Below, piece by piece: positions 19,069-27,283 of a stretch of 64,000 nucleotides of DNA. The stretch is from Salmonella phage vB_SenS-3. Made by a program: the position numbers and the translations under genes. The DNA is taken from sequence record OR896822.1; one strand, written 5' to 3'. The notes beneath the pieces were generated by a model. It saw only the letters and a list, made by a program, of their open reading frames with translations. It was not told the origin of the DNA and did not search any database. How positions within the stretch are numbered: the first letter of the stretch is position 1; each line of letters begins with the position of its first letter.

Positions 19069-20013
19069 ATGTTTACTAAAAACACTAAAGAACTGACTTC
19101 TGAGCAAAAAGTAATTCGTACTATTAAACGTTGGGGTGTTGGTGCTGCTATTAGTCTTGGTGCTCTTATTCTGGCTCTCAATTCCTATACAGTTGTTCAG
19201 GATGGTACTGTTAAGACCCAAACCTTCCTGGGTAAAGTTAGCCCTAATCCTGTATTGCCAGGCTTCCATATTGTTAACCCATTTGCTTCTTTTGATACTT
19301 TTAGTACGAAAGATATTTCCATGAAACTGGATAAACTTCAGGTTCCTAGCCAGGATAAGTTTAAGTCCACTGTTGACATTACCGTTATGTTGCAGTTTGA
19401 TGGTGCTAAAGCTCCTATGAACCGTGTTAACGCAGGTACTCAGGATCAAGCTCTGAACAAGTACGTTGAAGAGAAGATGCTGTCTACGATTCGTGAGTTT
19501 GGTAAGTCTGTACCAAAAGCACAAGATCTGTTCGACGCTAAGATTCAGGCTCAACTGCAAACCGCTATTCAGCAAGAAGTAGAAGAGTATGCGCGTCCTT
19601 ATGGTTACACCGTTAAGCAAGTATTCCTTCAGGATATTACTCTGCCACCGGTAATCATGGAACAGGTACAGAACACCAAAGTTCGTGAAGAACAAGTTAA
19701 CGCTGCAAAAGCTGAACTGGCTCGTGTTGAACAAGAAGCACAGCAGAAAGTTAAGCAAGCTGAGGCGGATCGTTCCGCTCGTGAAAACATGGCAGTAGCT
19801 AACGAACGTGACGCAGATGCTAAACTGTACGCAGCTAAGAAAGAAGCTGAAGCTAACGCCGCTCTGCAACGTACCATTACTCCTGAAATGATTCGTTGGA
19901 AGCAGCTGGAAGTTGAAATGCTTCGTGCTGAAAAATACCAAGGTGGTGTACCACAGACTGTTGTCGGTACTGGCTACGATGGTCAAATGATCATGGATAT
20001 GCGTAACAAGTAA
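19069..20013 (+). CDS. SPFH/band-7 (prohibitin/HflK-like) membrane protein
   Basis: N-terminal TM then VVQDGTVKTQTFLGK band-7 core and long coiled-coil Ala/Glu/Gln-rich C-terminus. Confidence 0.65.
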   Translation: MFTKNTKELTSEQKVIRTIKRWGVGAAISLGALILALNSYTVVQDGTVKTQTFLGKVSPNPVLPGFHIVNPFASFDTFSTKDISMKLDKLQVPSQDKFKSTVDITVMLQFDGAKAPMNRVNAGTQDQALNKYVEEKMLSTIREFGKSVPKAQDLFDAKIQAQLQTAIQQEVEEYARPYGYTVKQVFLQDITLPPVIMEQVQNTKVREEQVNAAKAELARVEQEAQQKVKQAEADRSARENMAVANERDADAKLYAAKKEAEANAALQRTITPEMIRWKQLEVEMLRAEKYQGGVPQTVVGTGYDGQMIMDMRNK

Positions 20014-20046
20014 TAGTTACACGTAATCTTCGAACCAAGCCCGCGT

Positions 20047-20082
20047 TTCCTTCGAGAGCGCGGGCTTTTCTGTATTTAAGGC
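20047..20082 (+). terminator. rho-independent terminator
   Basis: GCCCGCG...CGCGGGC stem followed by TTTTCTGTATTT. Confidence 0.6.
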
Positions 20083-20217
20083 AAAAGAAAAAGCCCATAA
20101 GTTATTCAACTAAGGTCTTTAGTATTTAATTCTTTAGAATCATATACTATTATTGCAGCAACAACGTGCTAACCTTAAGTGCCCTGCGATTTTCCTCTAA
20201 AAAGTTAAAAAATTCGA

Positions 20218-20246
20218 TTGCTTGAATGCTAAATTCTCTGTATAAT
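20218..20246 (+). promoter_or_regulatory. early-type promoter (TTGCTT N17 TATAAT)
   Basis: Upstream of nadR-pnuC. Confidence 0.55.
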
Positions 20247-20276
20247 ATATTTATAAATTTGAGAGAGGAATCAAAT

Positions 20277-21332
20277 ATGATTAAGACTGGTCTAGTAATT
20301 GGTAAGTTCGCACCATTAACGCGTGGTCATATTAACCTAATAAACACAGCAGCAACTATGTGTGAACGAGTTATTGTTGTAGTTAGTCATGATAATCGTT
20401 GGCTGGATAAGCAGAACACACGTGATAAGGAAGTATTACAGTTAAAGAATCGACTTCGTTGGTTAGAACAAACTTACGCGGATATTGAGCACATTTCGGT
20501 AGAGTACATTATTGAAGATGATATTCCTGAATATCCGAATGGTTGGCCGGAATATGCTAGAATCCTTAATGAAAATTACGGACATTTGCCTGAGATCACC
20601 GTTTTCTCTAGCGAACTAGACTATGATGCAGAATATAAGAAATATCTGCCGAAGTTTGGTCATTATATTGTAGATTCTGATCGGACTCGTGTTCCAATCT
20701 CAGCTACAATGATTCGTAATGATCTTATGAAGTATTGGGAGTTTCTTCCTAGCGTAGTTCGTAAAGATTACGTGCGTAAGGTTGTAATCATTGGGACTGA
20801 AAGCTCGGGAAAGACTACTTTAACAAAATACCTTGCGAAGCTATACAACACTTCGTGGGTAGAAGAATATGGTCGAACGTATTGTGAAGTTGATCTAGTT
20901 GGTAACGAAAATCTGCTTACCAGCGAAGATTATAGTAAAATTGCGTTCAGACACAAAGAGCTAGAGTTTGAAGCAGAACGTACTGCAAATAAGATCATGT
21001 TTGTGGATACAAATGCTTTTATTACTGAGTTCTACCACAGACTTTATGAACATAGTAAGAATCCTGTGGTTACAGCAATTGCAAAAGAAGAACATTATGA
21101 TTTAGTAATTGTTCTAGCGCCTACTGTCAAGTGGGTAGATGATGGTTTACGTATTAACTCCGATCGTTCAATTACTTCTGAACTATTCGAGCAGATGAAG
21201 AAAGAATTTCCAAATCAGTTCCCTGAAGGGCGTACTGTTTACATCGACTCTCCGGACTACAAAGTTCGTATGGACGAAGCAGTAAACGCAGTAGACTGGC
21301 TGATTCATCACTTTAACGTTGGAGAGTTTTAA
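20277..21332 (+). CDS. nadR: NadR-like bifunctional NMN adenylyltransferase / ribosylnicotinamide kinase
   Basis: GKFAPLTRGH nucleotidyltransferase motif plus IIGTESSGKTT P-loop; ATG 20277. Confidence 0.75.
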   Translation: MIKTGLVIGKFAPLTRGHINLINTAATMCERVIVVVSHDNRWLDKQNTRDKEVLQLKNRLRWLEQTYADIEHISVEYIIEDDIPEYPNGWPEYARILNENYGHLPEITVFSSELDYDAEYKKYLPKFGHYIVDSDRTRVPISATMIRNDLMKYWEFLPSVVRKDYVRKVVIIGTESSGKTTLTKYLAKLYNTSWVEEYGRTYCEVDLVGNENLLTSEDYSKIAFRHKELEFEAERTANKIMFVDTNAFITEFYHRLYEHSKNPVVTAIAKEEHYDLVIVLAPTVKWVDDGLRINSDRSITSELFEQMKKEFPNQFPEGRTVYIDSPDYKVRMDEAVNAVDWLIHHFNVGEF

Positions 21333-21333
21333 T

Positions 21334-21990
21334 ATGACTAACTATCTCGTAAATGACTTTAAAAACTGGAAACCTCTGGAATATCTGTGGCTGTTCATAG
21401 CGGTTGTCTTCATTAGTTTAGCAAACTATAATGGTACAGCTCTAGATTGGGCTACTGCAATAACCAATGTGGTTTGTGTTATTCTGGTTGCAAAAGGACG
21501 TATTTCCAACTATATTTGGGGCTTAGTGGGTGTTCTTACATATGGTATTACAGCTTTAAACGCAGATCTTTATGGTAACGCTGCACTAAACCTGCTATAC
21601 TACGTTCCTATGCAGTTTTATGGAATGTACTTATGGCATAAAAATAAGCCAAGTAATCTGCCAGATGTTCCAACTAAGGTTCTGACTAAAGCCCAAGCTC
21701 TGCTGACTCTAGGGATTCTAGCAGTAGCCACGTTAGGGTATGGTAGTTTCTTAGCTACTACGGCTGATCCATTTCCAATGTTGGATGCATTTACTGCTGT
21801 AGGTAGTGTGATCGCTATGTGGCTTATGGTTAAGCAATATGCCGAGCAGTGGCTGATCTGGATTGCTATTAACATTGGTACTGTGTACATTTGGCTTGTA
21901 ACTGCTCAATCTACAGGTGCATCTTATGCAATCCTAGCAATGTGGCTAGTATTCTTAGGTAACTCTATTATAGGAGCCTATAAAGGATAA
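21334..21990 (+). CDS. pnuC: PnuC-family nicotinamide riboside transporter
   Basis: Multi-TM protein with PnuC-like NxxxWxxG and LYYVPMQFYGMYLWHKN segments; immediately after nadR. Confidence 0.75.
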   Translation: MTNYLVNDFKNWKPLEYLWLFIAVVFISLANYNGTALDWATAITNVVCVILVAKGRISNYIWGLVGVLTYGITALNADLYGNAALNLLYYVPMQFYGMYLWHKNKPSNLPDVPTKVLTKAQALLTLGILAVATLGYGSFLATTADPFPMLDAFTAVGSVIAMWLMVKQYAEQWLIWIAINIGTVYIWLVTAQSTGASYAILAMWLVFLGNSIIGAYKG

Positions 21991-22018
21991 TTTGTACGCG
22001 TTAACAAATAAAGTAGTT

Positions 22019-22040
22019 ATAGCCCTCGCTTAGAGGGCTA
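22019..22040 (+). terminator. hairpin terminator candidate
   Basis: TAGCCCTC GCTTA GAGGGCTA stem-loop after pnuC. Confidence 0.5.
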
Positions 22041-22058
22041 TTATACAGAAATTTTCAC

Positions 22059-22087
22059 TTGCTTAATATAGAAAATTTCTGTATAAT
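22059..22087 (+). promoter_or_regulatory. early-type promoter (TTGCTT N17 TATAAT)
   Basis: Same architecture. Confidence 0.55.
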
Positions 22088-22117
22088 ATATTTATAAATT
22101 TGAGAGAGGAATCAAAT

Positions 22118-22414
22118 ATGAAACGCATTGTACTTGCATTGACTCTAGTATCTACTTCTGTATTTGCTGCTCCACAACAGGAACTTTGTCAAGTTCAAGT
22201 TTGTAATAAGCTAGAACGATTTACTCTAGACATTTGGTCCCACATTAAAGATAATATGGGTGAACAGTGTTTTGATATTGTTCTGCCAAAAGAACAAGCT
22301 GTTCCTGGGGCTGTTCTCAGCTCAGAATCACGTTGGTGGCAAGGTTCTTCTATCAACCCAACTAAGAAGTCAGTGACACGTATCAAACAAGTATATCAGT
22401 GCAACGTTCAGTAA
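22118..22414 (+). CDS. hypothetical secreted protein
   Basis: Signal peptide MKRIVLALTLVSTSVFAAP; Cys-containing. Confidence 0.45.
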   Translation: MKRIVLALTLVSTSVFAAPQQELCQVQVCNKLERFTLDIWSHIKDNMGEQCFDIVLPKEQAVPGAVLSSESRWWQGSSINPTKKSVTRIKQVYQCNVQ

Positions 22415-22422
22415 AATTTCAC

Positions 22423-22451
22423 TTGCTTAATGCCTAAATTTTCTGTATAAT
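22423..22451 (+). promoter_or_regulatory. early-type promoter (TTGCTT N17 TATAAT)
   Basis: Upstream of HNH gene and tRNAs. Confidence 0.55.
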
Positions 22452-22484
22452 ATATTCATAAATTTGGAAGATTAGGAACTATTT

Positions 22485-22994
22485 ATGTTAGACTATGAGT
22501 CTATACTTTATAGATTCCGTTTAGAAGATGGTGTACTGGTGTGGAATCCGCTCTCCGGAAACTCCAGAGAGGAGAAGATATTTAATACTAAGTTTGCCAA
22601 TAAACCTGCGGGATCTTTGCACAAAAGCTCTGGGTATATCAGAGTTAACGTTGATCACCAAGATTACTTAGCTCATATCATAGTATTTATACTATATTAT
22701 GGGTATAGGCCGGAAATGGTTGATCATAAAGACTGCAATAAGTTAAATATACATCCTTTAAATTTAAGAGCAGCGGATAGTACCACTAATACTCATAATG
22801 CTAGTAAATCTTCTAGGAATACTAGCGGATTTAAGGGAGTATCCTACCACAAAGCATCTGGTCAGTGGCAGGGTAGAATAATGTTTAAAGGTAAGTCATA
22901 CTCCGCAGGGCTGCACAGTACTCCTGAAGCAGCAAATGAAGCTCTAATTCAACTGAGAGAGAAACTTCATGGGGAATATGCCCGAAATAATTAA
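22485..22994 (+). CDS. HNH homing endonuclease with AP2-like domain
   Basis: VDHKDCNKLN HNH motif and FKGVSYHKASGQWQGRI AP2-like segment; paralog of the 17125 gene. Confidence 0.7.
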   Translation: MLDYESILYRFRLEDGVLVWNPLSGNSREEKIFNTKFANKPAGSLHKSSGYIRVNVDHQDYLAHIIVFILYYGYRPEMVDHKDCNKLNIHPLNLRAADSTTNTHNASKSSRNTSGFKGVSYHKASGQWQGRIMFKGKSYSAGLHSTPEAANEALIQLREKLHGEYARNN

Positions 22995-23083
22995 GGAAGA
23001 ATAGCATAACGGTATTGCAGCAGATTGCTAATCTGTCGGTTTGAAACATAGCCTTGTGGGTTCGATTCCCACTTCTTCCGCCA
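22995..23083 (+). tRNA. tRNA-Ser (anticodon GCT)
   Basis: Acceptor GGAAGAA/TTCTTCC, long variable arm, anticodon loop TTGCTAA, T-loop TTCGATT, CCA. Confidence 0.7.
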
Positions 23084-23088
23084 AATTT

Positions 23089-23166
23089 GGTTCTCAAGCT
23101 CATTTGGTATGAGCCGTCGCCTCATAAGCGAAAGGTAGGTAGGTTCGAATCCTCCGGGAGCCACCA
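23089..23166 (+). tRNA. tRNA-Met/Ile2 type (anticodon CAT)
   Basis: Acceptor with two G-U pairs, anticodon loop CTCATAA, T-loop TTCGAAT, CCA; one T-stem mismatch. Confidence 0.5.
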
Positions 23167-23315
23167 GATAACTAGGAGACTTTATGTCACGCTTTCACGA
23201 AATTAAGCAAGAACTAGAAGAATGTATGTGTACTGAATGTTGGGGTTCTGGCACTTAATGTTCCAGTGACTGGATTCCCTGATTGGCTGCAAGGTTACGA
23301 ACTCTAACAAAATTT

Positions 23316-23401
23316 GGATCTGTGGTGGAATTGGCAATACACACCATGCTTAAAACGTGGCGCTTAAATGATTGAGGGTTCGAGCCCCTCCAGATCCACC
23401 A
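23316..23401 (+). tRNA. tRNA-Leu (anticodon TAA)
   Basis: Acceptor GGATCTG/CAGATCC, anticodon loop CTTAAAA, long variable arm, T-loop TTCGAGC, CCA. Confidence 0.65.
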
Positions 23402-23417
23402 AATTAAGGAAGTAAAA

Positions 23418-23552
23418 ATGAAATCTATTAAGAAAGCTATTCGTGAACTTATCCGTTGTCGCTTCCATAGCATCAAGGCTTCAACTAATGGTACTACTTA
23501 CGATCGCTACGATCGCTATGATCCTAAGTTTGGCTTACATTCTAAATAACTG
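23418..23552 (+). CDS. hypothetical small basic protein
   Basis: 44-codon ORF with AAGGAAG RBS directly after tRNA-Leu; not in ORF track (below 60 aa). Confidence 0.25.
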
Positions 23553-23562
23553 GAGAAAACAA

Positions 23563-23769
23563 ATGGCTAATCCTGAAATTACGGCACAACGTTTTATGCT
23601 GAAAGGAATTATTGCTGAAGCAGGCGTGACACAAGAAGTGGAAGATTTCCATAAGCAGTTCCTAAATATTCTCACTCAAGCCAAAGAGCTAGGAGAGAAA
23701 GAACATGGCGCGGCTATTATGGCAATCACATTGGTTGGGCTTGATCTGGCAGAAGAATCAGGAGTTTAA
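23563..23769 (+). CDS. hypothetical protein
   Basis: ATG with GGAG RBS inside track ORF 23443..23769. Confidence 0.3.
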   Translation: MANPEITAQRFMLKGIIAEAGVTQEVEDFHKQFLNILTQAKELGEKEHGAAIMAITLVGLDLAEESGV

Positions 23770-23798
23770 CTTCTCCAAGCAGAAATTTTAAAAATGTA

Positions 23799-23829
23799 CT
23801 TGCTTTTTACTTAAGATTTCTGCTATAAT
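23799..23829 (+). promoter_or_regulatory. early-type promoter (TTGCTT, TATAAT, 19-bp spacer)
   Basis: Slightly long spacer. Confidence 0.4.
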
Positions 23830-23858
23830 AGTTATATAAGTTGATGAGAGGAATCAGA

Positions 23859-24134
23859 ATGTTAAAACGTTTTGCAGCAACTGGTATTGAAAGCTCAGTA
23901 TGTAAATCCTGGGGTGGTTGGGAAGGTGAGATCGAGTGGCTTTATTTCTACAATGTAGAACTTCTTCCAGAGATCAAAGCTCAATGTATTAAGGCTGGTA
24001 TGGCTCCTGATGCTACGGCTGATGTTGAAATCAGCATGAATAAGCTAGAGGGTCGAGTAGTCACTGTTACTGATGAAGGTGAAGAGGTATTCGAACTTCC
24101 ATTCACTTTGAAAGTCACTCCTTCATTTGATTAA
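23859..24134 (+). CDS. hypothetical protein
   Basis: 92 aa; promoter at 23799. Confidence 0.45.
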   Translation: MLKRFAATGIESSVCKSWGGWEGEIEWLYFYNVELLPEIKAQCIKAGMAPDATADVEISMNKLEGRVVTVTDEGEEVFELPFTLKVTPSFD

Positions 24135-24142
24135 CTGATACA

Positions 24143-24183
24143 GCACTTGAGCAAGTTCTTTAAAATTTGACTTGCTCAAGTGC
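24143..24183 (+). promoter_or_regulatory. 13-bp inverted repeat overlapping the -35 of a promoter (candidate operator)
   Basis: GCACTTGAGCAAG ... CTTGCTCAAGTGC flanking TTGACT -35; TATAAT at 24196. Confidence 0.45.
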
Positions 24184-24325
24184 CTTAAAACTTGATATAA
24201 TAGTTACCTAATTTGGAAACATATCTGAATGAGAAGTAATTAAGCGAGTTGCTTTGAGGGATAAAGTCAGGATAGCCGGAAATATTCCACCTTGAGTTTA
24301 ACCGACTTACTTTTCATTCAAATAT

Positions 24326-24406
24326 GGGGGATTGGCTCAGTGGCGACGGCGCCTGGCTGTAGACCGGGTATATCACGCGGAGGTTCGAGTCCTCCATCCC
24401 CCACCA
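24326..24406 (+). tRNA. tRNA-Tyr (anticodon GTA)
   Basis: Acceptor GGGGGAT/ATCCCCC, anticodon loop CTGTAGA, T-loop TTCGAGT, CCA. Confidence 0.6.
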
Positions 24407-24414
24407 AAATTAAT

Positions 24415-24489
24415 GCACCTATCGTCTAATGGTTAGGACATCAGGATTTCAATCTGAGAATTGAACTCCGATTCTCCGTGGGTGTGCCA
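24415..24489 (+). tRNA. tRNA-Glu-like element (anticodon TTC), aberrant T-arm, possible pseudogene
   Basis: D-arm TCGTCTAATGGTTAGGACA and anticodon loop ATTTCAA look Glu-like; T-arm region forms a 6-bp stem with 9-nt loop instead of canonical T-arm. Confidence 0.35.
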
Positions 24490-24498
24490 ATTAATAAT

Positions 24499-24569
24499 TG
24501 GGGTACGCATAGGTTGCTAGTGGGCCTCCAAAACCCATGAAAAGGTTTCGAATACCTTTACCCCTGCCA
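24499..24569 (+). tRNA. tRNA-Trp (anticodon CCA), weak D-arm
   Basis: Anticodon loop CTCCAAA, T-arm AAGGT TTCGAAT ACCTT, acceptor 6/7 pairs, CCA. Confidence 0.5.
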
Positions 24570-24575
24570 ATATTT

Positions 24576-24650
24576 GCACCTTTAGCTGAGATGGATTAGC
24601 GCTTGCCTGAAGAGCTTGAGAGGTTCGTTCAATTCGAACAGGGTGCACCA
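24576..24650 (+). tRNA. tRNA-Phe-like element (GAA loop) with disrupted anticodon stem
   Basis: Perfect acceptor and T-arm (GTTCG TTCAATT CGAAC), loop CTGAAGA, but flanking CTTGC/GCTTG cannot pair. Confidence 0.4.
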
Positions 24651-24667
24651 ATTTGAAGGAGATGCTG

Positions 24668-24940
24668 ATGCATCCTGAAAACTTCTTTATATACTGTACT
24701 AGTCCTTTGCTTAAACGCCGGATTAATAAAGTATATCACTACAGAGCTAGTCAACAGCCTTATGTTTATGATTCTAGTGGAGATCATATTCCACTTGAGC
24801 AACTAGGGACTGATTATATGGTTTTGAAGCACTTTAATGAGGCGAAGATCTCTAGCGTTCATAACCGACAAAACTCTAAAACGTGGTGGCATAAGAAGCG
24901 TAAGAAAGGCATCAAATTTCTTAAAAATGTAGTTGCTTAA
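24668..24940 (+). CDS. hypothetical basic protein
   Basis: AAGGAG RBS, ATG 24668; 3' end overlaps next promoter. Confidence 0.35.
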   Translation: MHPENFFIYCTSPLLKRRINKVYHYRASQQPYVYDSSGDHIPLEQLGTDYMVLKHFNEAKISSVHNRQNSKTWWHKKRKKGIKFLKNVVA

Positions 24941-24961
24941 ATCCTTAAAGTTCTGTATAAT
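24933..24961 (+). promoter_or_regulatory. early-type promoter (TTGCTT N17 TATAAT)
   Basis: Same architecture. Confidence 0.55.
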
Positions 24962-24989
24962 TATTACATAAATTGAACTGGAGAACTAG

Positions 24990-25178
24990 ATGAAAGCACC
25001 TAAACCGAAATTAGTTAAGTTCGACTGCTGTGATACTGAAATCTTATTTACTAAGTTTGGTGAATTTAAGATGTGTGAATGTGGAACATGTGGTTACGAT
25101 CATGGTGATGGATATTATTGCAGAACCCTAGGGCCTTCTGAACTAATCCACTTCTCATGGCCGGAAAGTAAAGAATAA
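24990..25178 (+). CDS. hypothetical Cys-rich small protein
   Basis: 62 aa with CC..C.C..C..C pattern (possible zinc ribbon). Confidence 0.4.
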   Translation: MKAPKPKLVKFDCCDTEILFTKFGEFKMCECGTCGYDHGDGYYCRTLGPSELIHFSWPESKE

Positions 25179-25180
25179 TA

Positions 25181-25256
25181 CGACCGTTGGCTGAATGGCT
25201 TAGGCGGAGGCCTGCAAAACCTCCTTATGTGAGTTCGAATCTCATGCGGTCGTCCA
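25181..25256 (+). tRNA. tRNA-Cys (anticodon GCA)
   Basis: Anticodon loop CTGCAAA, T-loop TTCGAAT, discriminator T, CCA; 5' base C. Confidence 0.5.
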
Positions 25257-25408
25257 ATTTGCTGAAAGAATTGTTAAATCAATTCAGGCACGCGTAGGAA
25301 CACTGCCTCAGTAATTGAAAGATGAGGCACGGTTTGGAGAGGTATGCCGCTACACGCTACGGTGCTAACTCCGTCTAGGTGAAAATCCTAGTCAGCAATA
25401 TAAATTTA

Positions 25409-25491
25409 GGGTCGTTAGCCAAGCGGTTTGGCGGTGGACTGTTAATCCATGTCGAAAGACAACGTAGGTTCGAATCCTACACGGCCCGCCA
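25409..25491 (+). tRNA. tRNA with anticodon GTT (Asn), atypically long variable region
   Basis: Acceptor GGGTCGT/ACGGCCC, anticodon loop CTGTTAA, T-loop TTCGAAT, CCA. Confidence 0.45.
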
Positions 25492-25594
25492 TATTCTATG
25501 TAGGATTAAGTAAACCGGTAGCCAACCAGCTATCATTACTGATATCGAATTCAGTCACAGATACCATTTTTCACTAACAACTGAGGAAATAGAT

Positions 25595-25780
25595 ATGACA
25601 ACTCGTGCAATTGCTCGACTAGAAGCTGATCGTGATAATCTGATTAATAATATTAAGGTTCGTGGTAATATTATTAAGGCTCTGAAAGCTGAACTTCTTG
25701 AAGAACTTCAAGGTCAAGTAGAGCGTCGTGAAGCTCTAAAAGAGGTTGAGGAAGCTATCGAAAAACTCAAGGCTGAATAA
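25595..25780 (+). CDS. hypothetical coiled-coil protein
   Basis: 61-aa ORF. Confidence 0.4.
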   Translation: MTTRAIARLEADRDNLINNIKVRGNIIKALKAELLEELQGQVERREALKEVEEAIEKLKAE

Positions 25781-25783
25781 ATT

Positions 25784-26365
25784 ATGCACGGAATATCCTT
25801 ACCCATTCCAGGGTTTGAGGAGTACTTAGTAAGTTTGGATGGGTTAGTATTTAGTATCAAATCAAACAAAATACTAACCCCAATAACCAGTAATTACGGA
25901 TACTTATCTATACGTCTCCATAAAAATGGTCAACAGAGAAATACCGGTGTACATAGGATTTTAGCATGTGCATTTAAGAAATTACCAAGTCTAGACTCTG
26001 AACTAGAAGTTGACCATATTAACACAGACATTACTTATTGGGGTCTTAATAACTTACAAGTGCTCACAAAAGAGCAGCATCTAGAAAAGACTTTAAAAGA
26101 TAAAGGATTTAGTAAACTAAACCATGATAATTGTTGTAAGGATTGTGGTAAAGCTATTTCTTTAAAAGCTGAAAAATGTCAGGAGTGCTCTTCACATAAA
26201 CCAAAAGATATCTCTATAACTAAAGAAATAATCGAGGTTACAGTAAGAGAGCTAGGCTGGTCAGGTGCAGGGAGAAAGTTAAATTATTCAGATAATGGGT
26301 TGCGTAAAAGATACACTTCTTTAGGAGGCAATCCTAAAGAACTTAAAAAGTTAAAGGTACTATAG
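25784..26365 (+). CDS. HNH endonuclease (NUMOD-like N-terminus, Cys-rich C-terminus)
   Basis: EVDHINTDITYWGLNNLQVLTKEQH HNH motif; CCKDCGKA..C.EC zinc-finger-like tail; 3' end overlaps tRNA-Asp 5' end. Confidence 0.6.
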   Translation: MHGISLPIPGFEEYLVSLDGLVFSIKSNKILTPITSNYGYLSIRLHKNGQQRNTGVHRILACAFKKLPSLDSELEVDHINTDITYWGLNNLQVLTKEQHLEKTLKDKGFSKLNHDNCCKDCGKAISLKAEKCQECSSHKPKDISITKEIIEVTVRELGWSGAGRKLNYSDNGLRKRYTSLGGNPKELKKLKVL

Positions 26366-26430
26366 TCTAACGGTTAGGATACTCCCCTGTCACGGGAGAG
26401 GTAGGGTTTCGATTACCCTTAGTACCGCCA
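26356..26430 (+). tRNA. tRNA-Asp (anticodon GTC)
   Basis: Acceptor GGTACTA/TAGTACC, anticodon loop CTGTCAC, T-loop TTCGATT, CCA. Confidence 0.7.
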
Positions 26431-26436
26431 AATTAT

Positions 26437-26513
26437 ACATCCATAGCTCAACTGGTCAGAGCTACCGCCTCTTAAGCGGAGGGTTGAAGGTTCAAGTCCT
26501 TCTGGGAGTACCA
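26437..26513 (+). tRNA. tRNA-Lys (anticodon CTT)
   Basis: Anticodon loop CTCTTAA, T-arm GAAGG TTCAAGT CCTTC, acceptor 6/7 pairs, CCA. Confidence 0.5.
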
Positions 26514-26715
26514 AACAAATAGAGTAAAGGCTACAGTAGGTGCACCCTTACGGACTGCTACACCGGACTCTATTCATTAACAAACATTCTAGCGTGGTGG
26601 AGAGGGGACACCAGCTGTGCGAGGGTAGAAGCTTGTTCGATTCAAGTGAAAGAATGGTTCTCGTAAATCCGCAGCAGTGATAGTAGGTTCAAGTCCTACC
26701 TAGATTGACTTATTA

Positions 26716-26790
26716 TGCGTTCGTAGTTAAAAGGTATAATTTTTGGTTGCCAACCAGAAGTTGAGGGTTCGATTCCCTCCGACCGCACCA
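26716..26790 (+). tRNA. tRNA-Gly (anticodon GCC)
   Basis: Anticodon loop TTGCCAA, T-arm GAGGG TTCGATT CCCTC, acceptor 6/7, CCA. Confidence 0.55.
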
Positions 26791-27041
26791 AATTTAGGTT
26801 TCTGCTTCCTAGAGAACGGACTCCTAGATAAACAAGGCGATGAGTTTCCGGCCGGTTCTAGTCGCTGAAAATCCTCCCGACCAGGTAGGTGTAGGTAAAC
26901 GAAAGTTTACTTATTGAGTAGGTTCCGATAGATCGGCGGATCTATTCTGGCATTTAAGAGAAGTCTCGCAAACTTCTTTGTCAGCAGAGCGTTTGAAGCG
27001 TGAGGTGGCCTACACAATAAGTAAATTTATTAAAAACTCAT

Positions 27042-27070
27042 TTGCTATTTCACTTAATTCTCTTTATAAT
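27042..27070 (+). promoter_or_regulatory. early-type promoter (TTGCTA N17 TATAAT) driving tRNA operon
   Basis: tRNA-Pro begins 33 nt downstream. Confidence 0.55.
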
Positions 27071-27102
27071 ATATCTTATAAAGTGAGTTAACAAAGAATA
27101 TT

Positions 27103-27180
27103 CTCCGTGTAGCTCAGTTTGGCCAGAGCGTTCCGTTTGGGGCGGTAGGGTCGGGGGTTCAAATCCTCCCACGGAGACCA
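27103..27180 (+). tRNA. tRNA-Pro (anticodon TGG)
   Basis: Acceptor CTCCGTG/CACGGAG, anticodon loop TTTGGGG, T-loop TTCAAAT, CCA. Confidence 0.6.
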
Positions 27181-27186
27181 AACAAT

Positions 27187-27264
27187 TGCGGGTTAGATCT
27201 CTGGTAGAGATCGCTAGTCTCATAAGCTAGAAAGAGGTAGGTTAGATTCCTACACCCGCTTCCA
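27187..27264 (+). tRNA. tRNA-Met (anticodon CAT)
   Basis: D-stem GATC/GATC, anticodon arm CTAGT CTCATAA GCTAG, T-loop TTAGATT, CCA. Confidence 0.55.
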
Positions 27265-27283
27265 ATTTAATAGAGGATACGAA

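Noticed and set aside
18961-19986. 341-aa minus-strand ORF
   Set aside because: It lies antisense to the SPFH/band-7 gene (19069-20013), which has clear domain features. The translation is low-complexity (Leu/Phe/Ser-rich), typical of an antisense shadow in AT-rich DNA.
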